Part shown: positions 50,536-63,721 of the stretch, in pieces
How the letters are laid out: each line of letters opens with the position of its first letter
How positions within the stretch are numbered: position 1 is the first letter of the stretch
Assembly (NCBI GenBank): GCA_951406725.2
Contig: OX597822.1
Location: 99,634,001 to 99,698,000 of the forward strand
Direction of reading: 5' to 3'
Length of the DNA: 64,000 nt
Origin: Octopus vulgaris
Taxonomy: Eukaryota
Notes under the pieces: generated by a model
Databases searched by the model: none
Seen by the model: only the letters and a program-made list of their open reading frames with translations
What the model was told of the DNA's origin: nothing
Translations under genes and position numbers: made by a program

Positions 50536-51527
50536 TGTTTAGGAGAAGCAACAGAGTGACTCAGCCCTTAAGTCACTACGTTGCTCCCACTAAATATAAA
50601 TAAAAAATATACATATACTTTTTATTTTGATTTCTATTTTTCCTGTTTGCATCACTATACACACACACACATGTATGTATGTATATTGTGTATGGGTGCA
50701 ATTGTGATTTTTTTTATATGAAGTGAAGAGATATCTGAGTGGATGTTGAACAGTACACACGTGACATGCAAAGCAAGAAAAGATTTGGAACAAAATATTT
50801 AGAGAACCATTAAGTATCAGAAATGAAATTAAGTAAGATGAGATGCTGCAAATCGTTCCCACTGCAAACCATTCTGATAAAGAAAAGGATAAGAAATGGG
50901 TGAAACGGGTGATTAAATAACAATACTGAGAACAATGGAAATGAGGATGACCACCATGATGAACTTTATCAGGAAATATTTGTTGTAATTGAACTAATTC
51001 TTTGAACTGTTTCTGCAAATATTTTTTTATCATTTCCGTATCATTAGAAAAAACAGACTGCAACAGTACGGATTAACAGAGATTTTGTTTGTAGAAAACT
51101 GTGAGCTATGTATTGAATGGATGTATTTAACAGTTAGCCAGTCATTGAAGTGCCAATATTTCCCGAGTGTGAGGTGGAGAGAAAGAGGAGAGAAAGTGAG
51201 AGATTATTGATTGAAAACAAGTGAAAAGATCATACATCAAATTACAAGTGCTTTATGAAAGTACATTTTTCATGAAGCTGTCTCGCTTGCTTTTCTTCTA
51301 ACTTCTTTTAAAATACAAGTTGTGCTTAAAACTGTCATATTACAAAGACATTTCCTGACTTCCCTTTGCAAGAATTTAGAATGGGAATTCAGCCATTGCG
51401 GCAGTTATGTGATTGTCAATGCAGTTGCATGTAATGGGTGTGAGTCAAGGAAAGTGATTGATGCTAAATGTTTTAAGAATGGGAATGACCATGCATAAAT
51501 CTATGAATGCCTTGCAGCTCAGGATAT

Positions 51528-51570
<43 letters not shown>

Positions 51571-52396
51571 CGTGTGTGTGTCTTGTATTTTGATGGTTTG
51601 CCTTTTTTGTTCTATACAATATCTTTGTGACATAAAATTACTTTACAGCAAAGTAACAAAGTAACATATCTATAAAGACTAGTAATAAAGTTATTTCTAT
51701 CATAGCAATAATTGTGATTGGTAGATGTCAAATAAGAAATGGAAATTAAGAAACAACAACAACAAAAAAATTGAAAAGAAAATAATAAGAAAGAAAAAGA
51801 AAACGAGGAAAAAAAAATGACTATGTCTAAACATTAATGTGAATACTGATTCCGAATTGCTTTGTTCCTTTACTAATGTTATTCTTGGCATTCTCTGTGT
51901 CTAACCCATGAAATGTGATAAATATAAATCAAATTATTCTATGATGTTCTTGAAACATTAAATTGTTTCCAGAACATCATATTCAAAAGGAACTGTGCAA
52001 GATTTGCATGCTGCTTAGCTCACTGATGTTGAAAAAAGGTCATCAAATTCAATAGACACAAATCTTTGTGGTGCACACAAAAATTAATTCACTGTTTCTT
52101 AGACTGGAAGCTTAAAATCAATTTTATGTGAAAAATCATTTGCAACTTAGAATATCTCACTGCTAAAATTAGTTTTTCTTGCAATGTTACTAGCAGAATT
52201 ATGTGTTGGTATCTAAGGAAAACAGGAACTATTTTAGAAAATATCTTGACCTTTACTCCTGGGTATATTCCTCTACATTTTTATTCTTTTCTTGTTTCAG
52301 GTAATGGACTGTGGCCATGCTAGGGGCTACATCTTTGAAGGCTTTAGTTGAACAAATCACACTCCAGAGCAAATTTCTTTTTAAGTCTCACAATTG

Positions 52397-52710
52397 TGGC
52401 ACGTAAAAAGTACCATTCGAGCGTGATTGATACCAGCGTCGCCTTACTGGCACCTGTGCCAGTGGCAAATGTAAGAAGATTCGAGCAAGGTTGTTGCCAG
52501 TACTGCCTGACTGGCCCCGTGCCAGTGGCACGTAAAAAGCACTCACTACACTCTCGGAGTGGTTGGCGTTAGGAAGGGCATCCAGCAGTAGAAAATCTGA
52601 TAGATCAAGATTGGAGCCTGGTGCAGCCATCTGGTTTGTCAGCCCTCATCAAAATCATCCAACCCATGCTAGCATGGAAAGCGGACATTAAACAATGATG
52701 ATGATGATGA
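52397..52710 (+). mobile_element. Family C repeat
   Basis: Units, core and tail. Confidence 0.85.
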
Positions 52711-52855
52711 ACTCTTTTGCCAAAAGACTAAGCTATGAGGTATGTAAACAAACATACACCAGTTGTCAAGGGGTGTGGGGATAGAAACAATGACACATAT
52801 GAATACATATATGTATGTATATGATGTTGATTATATATATATGTATATATATATA

Positions 52856-53325
52856 TCATCATCATCATCATCATCGTTTAACGTCCGTTCTCCATGCTAG
52901 CATGGAGTTGGACGGTTCGACCGGGGATCTGGGAAGCCAGAAGGCTGCACCAGGCTCCAGTCTTATCTGGCAATGTTTCTACAGCTGGATGCCCTTCCTA
53001 ACACCAACCACTCCGTGAGTGTAGTGGGTGCTTTTTATGTGCCACCTGCACAGGTGCCAGGCGAGGCTGGCAACGGCCACGGTCGGATTGGTGTATTTTA
53101 TGTGCCACCGGCACGGAAGCCAGTCGAGGCGGCGCTGGCATCGGCCACGAGTCGGATAGTGCTTTTTACGTACCACCAGACCAGGGATCCTGGCTGGTTC
53201 AATTCGATTTCGATTTCGCTTTCGCTTGCCCCAACATGTCTTCGCAAGCAAAGGGGGTTGGCATGGGTGCCTGTCGTTGGATGAGGTTCTATATCGACTT
53301 CGCTTGCCTCAACAGGTCTTTGTGG
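52856..53325 (-). mobile_element. Family C repeat with extended 5' region
   Basis: Tail-to-tail with the previous copy; 5' part has a direct repeat AAGAC(C/A)TGTTG(A/G)GGCAAGCGAA. Confidence 0.85.
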
Positions 53326-53524
53326 CCTATATATAATAGGTGCAGGCAAGGTTATGCAGTAAGAAGTTTGCTTCCCAACCACATGGTTCTGGGCTCAGTG
53401 ACACCTTGGTTAAGTGTTTTCTACTACAACTCAGGGTCAGCCAAAGCCTTGTGAGTGGATCTGGAAAATAGAAACTGAAAGTAGCCTTGCCCCAGCATGG
53501 CTGAAACTTATAAAAGAATATACG

Positions 53525-53542
53525 CATGTATGTATGTATGTA

Positions 53543-53579
<37 letters not shown>

Positions 53580-53835
53580 ACGTATGCATGTATGTATGTA
53601 TGTGTGTGTGTGTGTATGTACGTATGCATGTATGTATGTATGCATGCATGTATGTATGCATGCATGTATGTATGTATGTATGCATGTATGTATGTACGTA
53701 TGCATGTATGTATGCATGCATGTATGTATGTATGTATGTATGTATGTACGTATGCATGTATGTATGCATGCATGCATGTATGTATGCATGTATACATGTA
53801 TGTATGCATGCATGCATGCAAGCATACATACATAC
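53525..53835. repeat. (ATGT)/(ATGC)/(TG) compound microsatellite
   Basis: Direct. Confidence 0.95.
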
Positions 53836-54103
53836 TGTGTTTTGCTGTGTTTCCTTCCCATAACTATGCCCTTCCTGCTACCAACCCTCACCAGTTTCCA
53901 AATAAGGTAATATTTCTCCATGGCCAGACAGTGTTATCACAGAATACTGGGAATGAATGATACTGCTTGTATTACAGTGACATTCATTTACAACTATCAC
54001 ATAGTGTCAGAACAAGTGGACGGACACGGACACACACACACACACCTGCAGGAAAGATTCAGTACTAATGCTGAAATTACTGAAGTTGATAATTGCAAAA
54101 AGT

Positions 54104-54380
54104 GTTAGGAAGGGCATCCAGCTGTGGAAACTCTGCCAGATCAGATTGGAGCCTGGCGCAGCTGTCTGGTTCGCCAGTCCTCAGTTAAATCGTCCAACCC
54201 ATGCTAGCATGGAAAGCGGACGTAAGAAGAAGAAGAAGAAGAAGAAGAAGTTAGAAGAAGATGAAGTTAGAAGAAGAAGAAGAAGAAGAAGAAAAAGAAG
54301 AAGAAGAAGAAGTTAGAAGAAGAAGAAGAAGAAGAAGAAGAAGAAGAAGAAGAAGAAGAAGAAGAAGAAGAAGAAGAAGA
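54104..54380 (+). mobile_element. Family C 3' end with long (AAG)n tail
   Basis: Core followed by ~155 bp of (AAG)n instead of (GAT)n. Confidence 0.8.
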
Positions 54381-55481
54381 AAGGCAAAGTTGGCCTCCGT
54401 GGAATTTGAACTTAGAATGTAAAGACAGACAGAATACAGCTAAGCATAACAATTTTGCTAGTTTTCCACCTTGAAGATGGGTTTCGATATTGATCAGTTT
54501 AAAGGTGGTTCCAAGTAGGTGGGCATCACAAGGCTTAAAGTGTAATAGAGATTGCAGATGGTCTTAAAAGATTGAAGAAAAGAGATTTTGAGTAAAAAAG
54601 TAACTAAAATTCTTTATTACAATTTATTGGCGAGAACGATGAATGGTAAAAGAGAATATATTTGGGGGATGTGCAAGAGAATGACGGAGCAAGTGAAGTT
54701 TATGCGAAGATAATATAATGTAGAATGAGCAAGGCTGGAAAGATTGGGGAAAGAAGATAAGAAGAGCAGGATTATATTTAGGAGAGGCTAAAATGAGATT
54801 GTGGTAATAGATTTGGTTGTGAGATTAATTAGCCTACAAGAAGAATAGAAGAAGAATGATGATGATGATGACAGTGAGGAGAATGGTGATTATGATGATA
54901 ACAACAATGACTGGAGGATATGATAAAAAAAAAATTTCAAAAATATAAGAAATATAAAAAAAATTAGTATTGCGCTTTTCCTAATTCAATTTTTCTTATC
55001 TTTTTCTGCACCACATTTCTTTAGATTGAAAGATTTTTGAAACTAAATCTGAAATTTAAATTAAACCATTTCCATGAACTCCAAGAGGAGAGGAAGAATT
55101 TTAAAATAGCCCTCCATATATACATTCATCATCATTAATGTTGTCAGAGAATTGAATGAGGAGAAGATGACTGGAAAGGTGATAATCTTTATTGTTATTA
55201 CAACATTTAGTTTCCTTTCACATGCATGCTTTTTATCTTTTATCTTTTGCTAGTTTCAGTCACTGGGTTATGGCCATGCTGGAGCACTGTATAGAAGAAT
55301 TTTAGTCAAACAAATCAGCCCGAGAATTCGTTTTCGTTTTCAAGTCTGGTACTTATTCTATCAGTTACTTTTGCCAAACTGCTAAGTTACAGGGATGTAA
55401 ACAAACCAACAGCAGTTGTCAAAGGATGAAGGAAACAAAAAACCATATGCAGAGATGTTACATATATGTGTGTGTGTGTGC

Positions 55482-55578
<97 letters not shown>

Positions 55579-55579
55579 A

Positions 55580-55946
55580 ATGAACCACATGGTTCTGGGT
55601 TCAGTCCCACTGCATGGCACCTTGGGCAAGTGTCTTCTACTATAGCCTTGGGCCGACCAAACCTTTGTGAGTGGATTTGGTAGACGGAAACTGAAAGAAG
55701 CCCGTTGTATATATGTATATATATGTGTAGGTGTGTGTATGTGCATGTTTGTGTGTCTGTGTTTGTCCCTCCAACATTGCTTGACAACCGATGCTGGTGT
55801 GTTTACGTCCCTGTAACTTAGTGATCGGCAAAATAGACTGATAAAGTCTTTGTAAGCATGGGGTCGATTTGCTCAACTAAAGACGGTGCTCCAGCATGGC
55901 CACAGTCAAATGACTGAAACGAGTAAAGAGTAAAAGAGTAAAAAGA
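55580..55946 (+). mobile_element. Family A SINE
   Basis: Core and tail. Confidence 0.85.
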
Positions 55947-57356
55947 GTATATATATGAGGACTGAGATATATAGTGCATTACTCTATTTGAGAAGACCTG
56001 CTCACCGCAACAGAATTGAGATCCTAAAACCAAGGTGCCACTTAAAATGCACCTGTGATGGTGTCACACAAAAAAAACTCTGTGGAGTGGTTGGCATTAG
56101 GAAAGGCATCCAACCATAGAACCCAAGCCAAAACAGATTATGGATCCTGGTGCAGCCCCAGGCCTTGCCAATCAGCTCCTGTCAAGCTGTCCAACCCATG
56201 CAAGCATGGGACATAGACATTAAGTGATGATGATGTATATATACATACATATATGATGAGCTTCCTTACAGTTTCCAACTTGAAAATTTTTTCACTAGGC
56301 GTAGTTCTACTCTTAATAGAAGACACTTACCCAAGGTGCCCCACAGTCCCACAGTGAGATTGAACCCAAAACCATGTGATTGTGAAGCACATCTCTCAAC
56401 CACACAACCAGTTTTATTTTAGGGAATGGAAATGGGATAGGGGCCAGTAAGTCTTATATTTTCAAAACATCAGAAGTTACTTCATTTACATAAATCTGAA
56501 AAATTATCCTTCAAAGCTGTTTTACTATATATTAGTAAAAACAACTTAAAAATTTTTTTTTTTCTTTTAATGAGAAAATCAATTAAAAGATCAAATGAAA
56601 TAGATAAATCCAAAATTTACTCCTGATATTGAAAATATTTTTAATCTTACACCAAAAGGAGATTTCATACTAAAAAGGATATCGCTTCATTGAGAGAGGA
56701 TATCTGATATTAGAAATGAGAGTAGTGGTGATATAGGAAGGAGGAAGAGGAGAGTGAGAGAGGAAACAGAGGAGGAAAGAAGAAGAAAGAGGAGAGGGAT
56801 AAGTGAGGAAGAGAAGAAAAGAAGGGGGAGGAGGAGATGTGTTCTCAGACATTGTAGATCCTCCTAGTTTGATGAAAATGATGTAATTAATGTTTTAAAT
56901 TCAGCAGCTTAATATGTGAAGATTAGGGAGAGCTTATGGGATGCATCTCTAAGGAGAGAGAGAAGGGAAAGATGGAAGGAGAGAGGGGGAAGGGAGAGAG
57001 AGAGGGAGGGAAACAGAGGAGAGGAGAAAAGGAGACAGAACTGGATGAAGAACTTAAGTGCTGGATTTCTAAAGATAAATTCAGAGGGAGCGAGGGATAG
57101 AGGGGTGCTTGGTGCTGTGAGTCGGGTCTGGGTTAGCCCTCAAATGTCTCATCCCTATTGAGGAATACTCATTCTTAAAATGTTATTGATTTTCTATTTT
57201 CCGTTACATCTGTTTAAATGTGAAACCCTCCCACATCCTCATAATAACATACATGCACACACAAACTCAATGGTTTCTTCTGTATTGTCCTTAATGTGGT
57301 CAATACAAAAATCATTATCATTATTATTATCATCATTAAGACAGCGAGCTGACAGA

Positions 57357-57771
57357 ATTACTCTTTTACTCTTTTACTTGTTTCAGTTATTTGACTGCGG
57401 CCATGCTGGAGCACCACCTTTAGTCAAGCAAATCGACCCCAGGACTTATTCTTTGTAAGCCCAGTACTTATTCTATCGGTCTCTTTTTGCCGAACCGCTA
57501 AGTAACGGGGACGTAAACACACCAGCATCGGTTGTCAAGCAATGCTAGGGGGTCAAACACACACACACAAACATACACATATATATATATATATATATAC
57601 ATATATACGACGGGCTTCTTTCAGTTTCCGTCTACCAAATCCACTCACAAGGCTTTGGTCGGCCCGAGGCTATAGTAGAAGACACTTGCCCAACATGCCA
57701 TGCAGTGGTACTGAACCCGGAACCATGTGGCTTGTAAGCAAGCTACTTACCACACAGCCACTCCTGCGCCT
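57357..57771 (-). mobile_element. Full-length family A SINE, young
   Basis: Head AGGCGCAGGAGTGGCTGTGTGGTAAG; interrupts the head of a family B copy that continues to ~57965. Confidence 0.9.
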
Positions 57772-58159
57772 ATGTTAGCATGCTGGGCAAAATGCTTAGT
57801 GCTATTCCATCTGCCACTACGTTCTGAGTTCAAATTTCACCAAGGTCGACTTTGCCTTTCATCCTTTCAGGGTCAATTAGATAAGTACCAGTTACGCACT
57901 GGGGTCGATGTAATTGACTTAATTTCTGCCCCAAATTTGAGGCCTTGTGCTTCCAGTTAGAAAGAATTATTATTACTATTATTATTATCATTAAGGTGGT
58001 GAACGGCAGAACCGTTAGCACACCAAGTGAAATGCTTAATGGTATTTCACCTGTTGCTATATTCTGTGTTCAAATTCTGCCAAGGTCAACTTTGCTTTTC
58101 ATCGTTTCAGGGTTGATGAAATAAGTATCATTTGAACACTAGGGTTGATGTAATCAACT

Positions 58160-58552
58160 GTGGAGGCGCAATGGCCCAGTGGTTAGGGCAGCGGACTCGC
58201 GGTCATAGGGTCGTGGTTTCGATTCCCAGACCGGGCGTTGTGAGTGTTTATTGAGCGAAAACACCTAAAGCTCCATGAGGCTCCGGCAGGGGATGGTGGT
58301 GAGCCCTGTTATACTCTTTTGCCCCAACTTTCTCTCACTCTTACTTCCTGTTTCTGTTGTACCTGTATTTCAAAGGGCCGGCCTTGTCACTCTCTGTGTC
58401 ACGCTGAATATCCCCGAGAACTATGTTAACGGTACACGTGTCTGTGGAGTGCTCAGCCACTTACACGTTAATTTCACGAGCAGGCTGTTCCGTTGATTTG
58501 GATCAACTGGAACCCTCATCGTCGTAGCCGACGGAGTGCTTCTAAAAAAAAA
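58160..58552 (+). mobile_element. Family E head with family D tail SINE, nested in a family B copy
   Basis: 13-bp TSD GATGTAATCAACT (58147-58159, 58553-58565); poly-A tail. Confidence 0.9.
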
Positions 58553-59109
58553 GATGTAATCAACTATTCCCCTACCCCAAATTTCAGGCCTTGTGCCTAT
58601 AGTAGAAAGCATTATCATTATTATTATTATTATCATTAAGGCGGTGAACTGACAGAATCATAAGCACACTTAGCAATATTTTGCCAGTCACTATATTCTG
58701 TGTTCAAATTCTGCTGAAACCGAAACCATATGGTTTGTAAGCAAGCTACTTACCACACAGCCACTCCAAAGCCTATATATATATATATATATATATGTAC
58801 ACACACACAAAGTATGGAGGTTTAGTTCACAGGTGATCTAAATGATTAGGTATGATAGGTAAGTGCTGTAACAGATTACTAAGGCTCCGAGGTTGTATAG
58901 CCAAGATGGTAGGGAGCCATTGCAGATTTCTGATATAGTGGATATATAATTGTTAAAGAGGACAGCAAATGTTAAGACAGTTGAACTGTGAACTTTTATG
59001 CTTATTTTTTCTTCTCTCTCTTCATCTCCTTATTCCTTTACTCCAGCCTTTACTCCAGTCCCCTTTGTCGTCATTTCATTAATCTATACCCTTCTTGTTT
59101 TTCCTATTT

Positions 59110-59165
59110 GTCTCTGATAACATAAAATCCTATACTCTGGGATATTTCAGAAACAGCTGTAAGAC
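59110..59165 (+). ncRNA. Degenerate hammerhead motif
   Basis: GTCT CTGATAA [ATCCTA tactc TGGGAT stem] GAAA CAGCTG TA AGAC. Confidence 0.6.
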
Positions 59166-60250
59166 TTTGAATTTTTTCCAATAATAATAATGTATATGAC
59201 TTGAGATGTTTGCCTTGCCTCAACATTTCTTGTCTTCTTTAATATTTATATGTGTGTGTATGTGTAGATTAGGGTTGTATACACACATGCATATGCACAT
59301 ACACACACGCACACATACACACACACACACAAACACTAAGGTTCAATAGATCTCAGTCATATAAACATTGCATCAAAAAATTTCCTGAAAGGTGATTTTA
59401 TAATCAAATCTTATTAATATGAAACTCTGTTAATATAACTTATTATGCCGGTCTGTATCACATTGTTAACTTTGTATTAAATTTTATCAAACAACTTGTA
59501 ATGAAATTATAGTATTTTTCCAGTGACACAATACCAAACACTCATGTTCAAAGAGGTGTTTCATTTGAACATGAATACTCAGTTTTCAGCATGATATTTA
59601 TAATTAAAATCAATATTCGTTTGTAAGAAAGAAAAAAAAAAAGGATTGTGTTTTTGCTACAAATAACTGAAATTTGGTTTTCATTTACATATTAAGAAAA
59701 ACAGTCATCGCAACTTCCTATCTCCTCTCATGTGAGTCTTAGATATGATATTAGAACAGAACATTTTATTATTTATTTGGCTTTTATTAAGAATTAAAAT
59801 AATATCTTTTAATTAGAGACACAAAGCTAGTTTTGTAAAGATGACGTTTTAGGCAATTGTCTGTGCACCAGTAGAATAATGTGATGTATTATATTGTCAA
59901 TCTATTGTCATTGATGGGGTAGAGTGGAGGTGGGGAGTGGGGTCATCATCGATAAATTTGAAATTAACCCTTTTGTTACCATGTTTCAGTTAAAATACAC
60001 TGCCATTCTTTTGATAAAATTTTTAAAATATTGAGGAATTTAATAAAATAATCTTGAATTTACAATTATGTATTTGTTTTGTAAGATTCTTGATGTGAAC
60101 ATGTATGTTGAAACAGATATTGTTATACTTGGGGATGGTAATTTTTTTTTTGTGGGGAGAGTGAGGGGTTGCCAATTAAACACATACACTATTTATTCCA
60201 TCTTCACTTTAGTTCTTAAAATGGACCAGAAGAGACATATAGGATAGAAA

Positions 60251-60293
60251 GTCACTGATGAGGTCACAGAACGTGTGACAAAAGAACTTTGAC
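60251..60293 (+). ncRNA. Degenerate hammerhead motif
   Basis: GTCA CTGATGA G GTCACA gaacg TGTGAC AAAA GAAC TT TGAC. Confidence 0.6.
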
Positions 60294-61796
60294 AGACAAA
60301 TAAACTAAAGATAATATAAATAAAAACCAAAATAAAGATAAAAAAAAAATAGTATGCATTTAATTGACAAAAGAAAAAAAGAAAAAATGACCATCCCCAA
60401 ATATAACAATAACTTTATCATTATTTTGGTATCAAAAGGGTCAATACTAAAATATTGAGAGGATAATGTAGATATTAAAAAGCACCAACTGCTGTTCTGA
60501 TAACCTTTCTTTACCTTTTAACTTTTTTTGATACCAACCCATCTGAGACCACCCCAATCTCTATGATATAAACTTCCTATTTCAAATTTTTAGCATTCAA
60601 GCCATATCTGTCCCAGCTATTCTACCAGTTTTGTGTTCAAATTAACTAGATCAGACCTCTCACACCTACCCTACAATGTATGATTAATTCAAAACAATTT
60701 GAATAAATAAGCATTACTTTTGACAGAATAATGGGAATGTTAGAGGGTTAATGTGATCTAAATTAAAATTTTCTGTAAAAATTACATGTTGATTTTATGT
60801 TTCAAACACCAGCTTACTAATGACAGTTGTTTTATTAAGAAAAAGCATGTCAGATACTGATTCTTTCTTGTAAAAGGTGATAAAAAGTTCAAAGATCATG
60901 ATCCCAAGGTTCAAATGCTACCTAGATATATATTAGGCTATATATATTTTTTTTTTCCTGAGACAGATAAAATAAATACTCGACCATTCATTTAAGAGGA
61001 ACAACATGTCAGATTGTGTGGAACTAACAAGATAATTCTAACACTAACCCTAAGTTCACAGCTTCAATCTAAAATCCTATTAGTCTTTGAAAGCCAACCT
61101 GTGATAAACTATTCTATTTAACGCAAGATTGTCAACCCTCATAACTCTTCAGAAATTGAGAATTGCTTTTCCGAAAACACTTAGATTATTGACGAAATAG
61201 GGTTAAAAGATTGATTGAAACATTAGACAATTTGACTCTTACATTCTGCAGACACATGGAGACATTCTATGACCAAATTATCAGTCTTGGAAGTTAAGTA
61301 AGCGTTACAAAGCAACACTTCCTTTTTTTATTGAATCTTTACATGAAAAGCAATCTTTTATTTGTGCCTAAACTATTCAAACGAGTTAAGTTAAAAGTGT
61401 ACGAAACACATCATAATTAGAAACAAACAATAAATAGATAAACAAGCTAAATTATTGTATTTTCAAACAATCACTTCAATTATTAACAATTAAAGTGCAT
61501 CTTTAGTTTTGAATTTCAACAATGGATTCACAGCCATCTACACATAACTGTTTATATCATCATTCTAATGTACACGAATACACACATACACAAATGCATA
61601 TGTACAAATACACATGCTCATACAAAGACACATGCAGGTATATCACATGCTGGTTTAACATTATATCTGTATTATTGATTAATCTATATCAAAAGTGTAT
61701 ACTTTAACCTTAATCTTCTTATACTTGTTTCATTTGTTGGATTACAGCGACGGTCGGTGGAGCACTGCCTTGGAGGGTTTATCTGACTGTATCATT

Positions 61797-62047
61797 CTCT
61801 CTCTTTACTCTTTTACCTGTTTCAGTCATTTGACTGTGGCCATGCTGGAGCACCGCCTTTAGTCGAGCAAATCGACCCCAGTACTTACTCTTTGTAAGCC
61901 CAGTACTTATTTTATCGGTCTCTTTTGCCAAACCGCTAAGTTACGGGGACGTAAACACACCAGCACCAGTTGTCAAGCAATGTTGGGGGGACAAACACAG
62001 ACACACAAACATACACACACATACACATATATATATGTATATATATG

Positions 62048-62079
<32 letters not shown>

Positions 62080-62105
62080 CACGGGCTTCTTTCAGTTTCC
62101 ATCTG
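61797..62105 (-). mobile_element. Family A SINE 3' part
   Basis: Tail and internal microsatellite. Confidence 0.85.
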
Positions 62106-62467
62106 ACAGAACTAATTGTTAATTTTCGTACTTACTCTATCGGTCACTTAAACCAAGCTACTAAGTTACACAGATATAAACAAACCAACACTGGTTGTTA
62201 AATGGTGCAGGGGAGGGGGGCACAAGCACAAAAATGCGCACACGCAAGCACACACACACACATATATCTATATGATAGTCTTCCACACTTTCCGTTTACC
62301 AAATTCACCCACAAGACATTGGTCAGCCTAGTGCTATAATAAAAGACACTTTCCCAAAGTACTATGCAGTGGGACCGAACCACAAATCATGTTACTGTGA
62401 AGCAACTTTCTTATCTACATACACAACAATACCTGTGCCTAAAAAAAAGAAAGAAAATAAAAATCCA

Positions 62468-62640
62468 GGTAGCTGTGTGGTAAGAAGTTTGTTTCACAAC
62501 CACGTAGTTCCAGGTTCAATCCCACTCTGTGGCACCTTGGGTAAATGTCTTCTAATATAGCCTCAGGCTGACCAAAGGCTTGTGAGTGGATTTGGTAGAT
62601 GGAAACTGAAAGAAGTCCATCATATATATATGTATATACA

Positions 62641-62678
<38 letters not shown>

Positions 62679-62912
62679 TGTGTGTGAGTGTGTGTGCTTG
62701 TCTTTGTGTTGGTGTTTGTCCTATCACCACTGCTTGACAACTGGTGTTGCTGTGTTTATATCCCCATAACTTAACAGTTTGGCAAAAGAGACTGATAGAC
62801 TAAGTACCAGGCTTAGAAAAAATAATATTGGTCAATACATTTCACAGGAAATTCTTCAAGGTGGTGCACCAACATGGCCTGAGCCTAATGATTGAAACAA
62901 AAAAGATAAAAG
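62468..62912 (+). mobile_element. Family A SINE
   Basis: Head, core and tail. Confidence 0.85.
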
Positions 62913-63606
62913 AAACACCTCTGATCAAAGACATTCCACCCATGACCATCCAATCTTTTTCTCAGAAACTGTGCCTGAGCCTACTCAGCACAACATCCAA
63001 TGAGAACTTGTCTTTATCTTTTTTCATAAAGATGGTAGGATAGTAATTTGAGCGAGATTTGGTTGCTATTTCTAGGAAATTGATCGACCACACAGAGGCC
63101 ACGACACTGGCCTGTATTATTGTTGTTGTCTTTGTCGTCATATTCCACATCTAAACATTCATACACCAGCATGTTGGTTTCTACAAATAACGTTTGTCAA
63201 TGTCAGCTGTTTTGATTCCACTTCTACTTGAAGGCAATAGAACATTCATGCACACCACCACCACCACCACCACCACCACCACCACCATCATCACAGTTGG
63301 CAGTCGTATCATCAACATCAACATCATCATCATTGCTATCATCATGGACATCATTTTAACATTTTTTTTTTGTCATACTGATATAAGTTGGATAAGTAAA
63401 TCAAGGGGTATACTATCACTCAGCATGGAGTGGCAAAAGATTCTGTCTTCACATCCTCCTGTGTCTTCTTTTTGCCTTTAGCTATAGGTTGCTCTCTTAT
63501 AGAAAAGTTTTTACATTTTGGCTTAACCTTTCTAGAAATACCAACTAAATCTGCAAATAAACACAACACACACATGGAGGCCAACAGACAGATAGATAGA
63601 TAGAGC

Positions 63607-63638
<32 letters not shown>

Positions 63639-63721
63639 TGAATAGACAGATAGACAAATAGATAAAAAGACCAATAGATTTTTATTATAAATATTCTTAT
63701 ATTTTTATGGTTGTGAATTTG

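Noticed and set aside
58161-58237. tRNA-like sequence
   Set aside because: SINE head with tail, poly-A and TSD; no proper acceptor stem
58889-58900. Partial let-7 similarity (also TGAGGTAG at 15951, 33922, 37896)
   Set aside because: Only 8-12 nt match and no precursor hairpin
61230-61300. Exon-like signals on both strands around CTGCAG
   Set aside because: Ambiguous strand and no supporting neighbours
3264-62740. Numerous ORFs rich in YI, CV, HT, ER and LS repeats
   Set aside because: Translations of dinucleotide and tetranucleotide microsatellites
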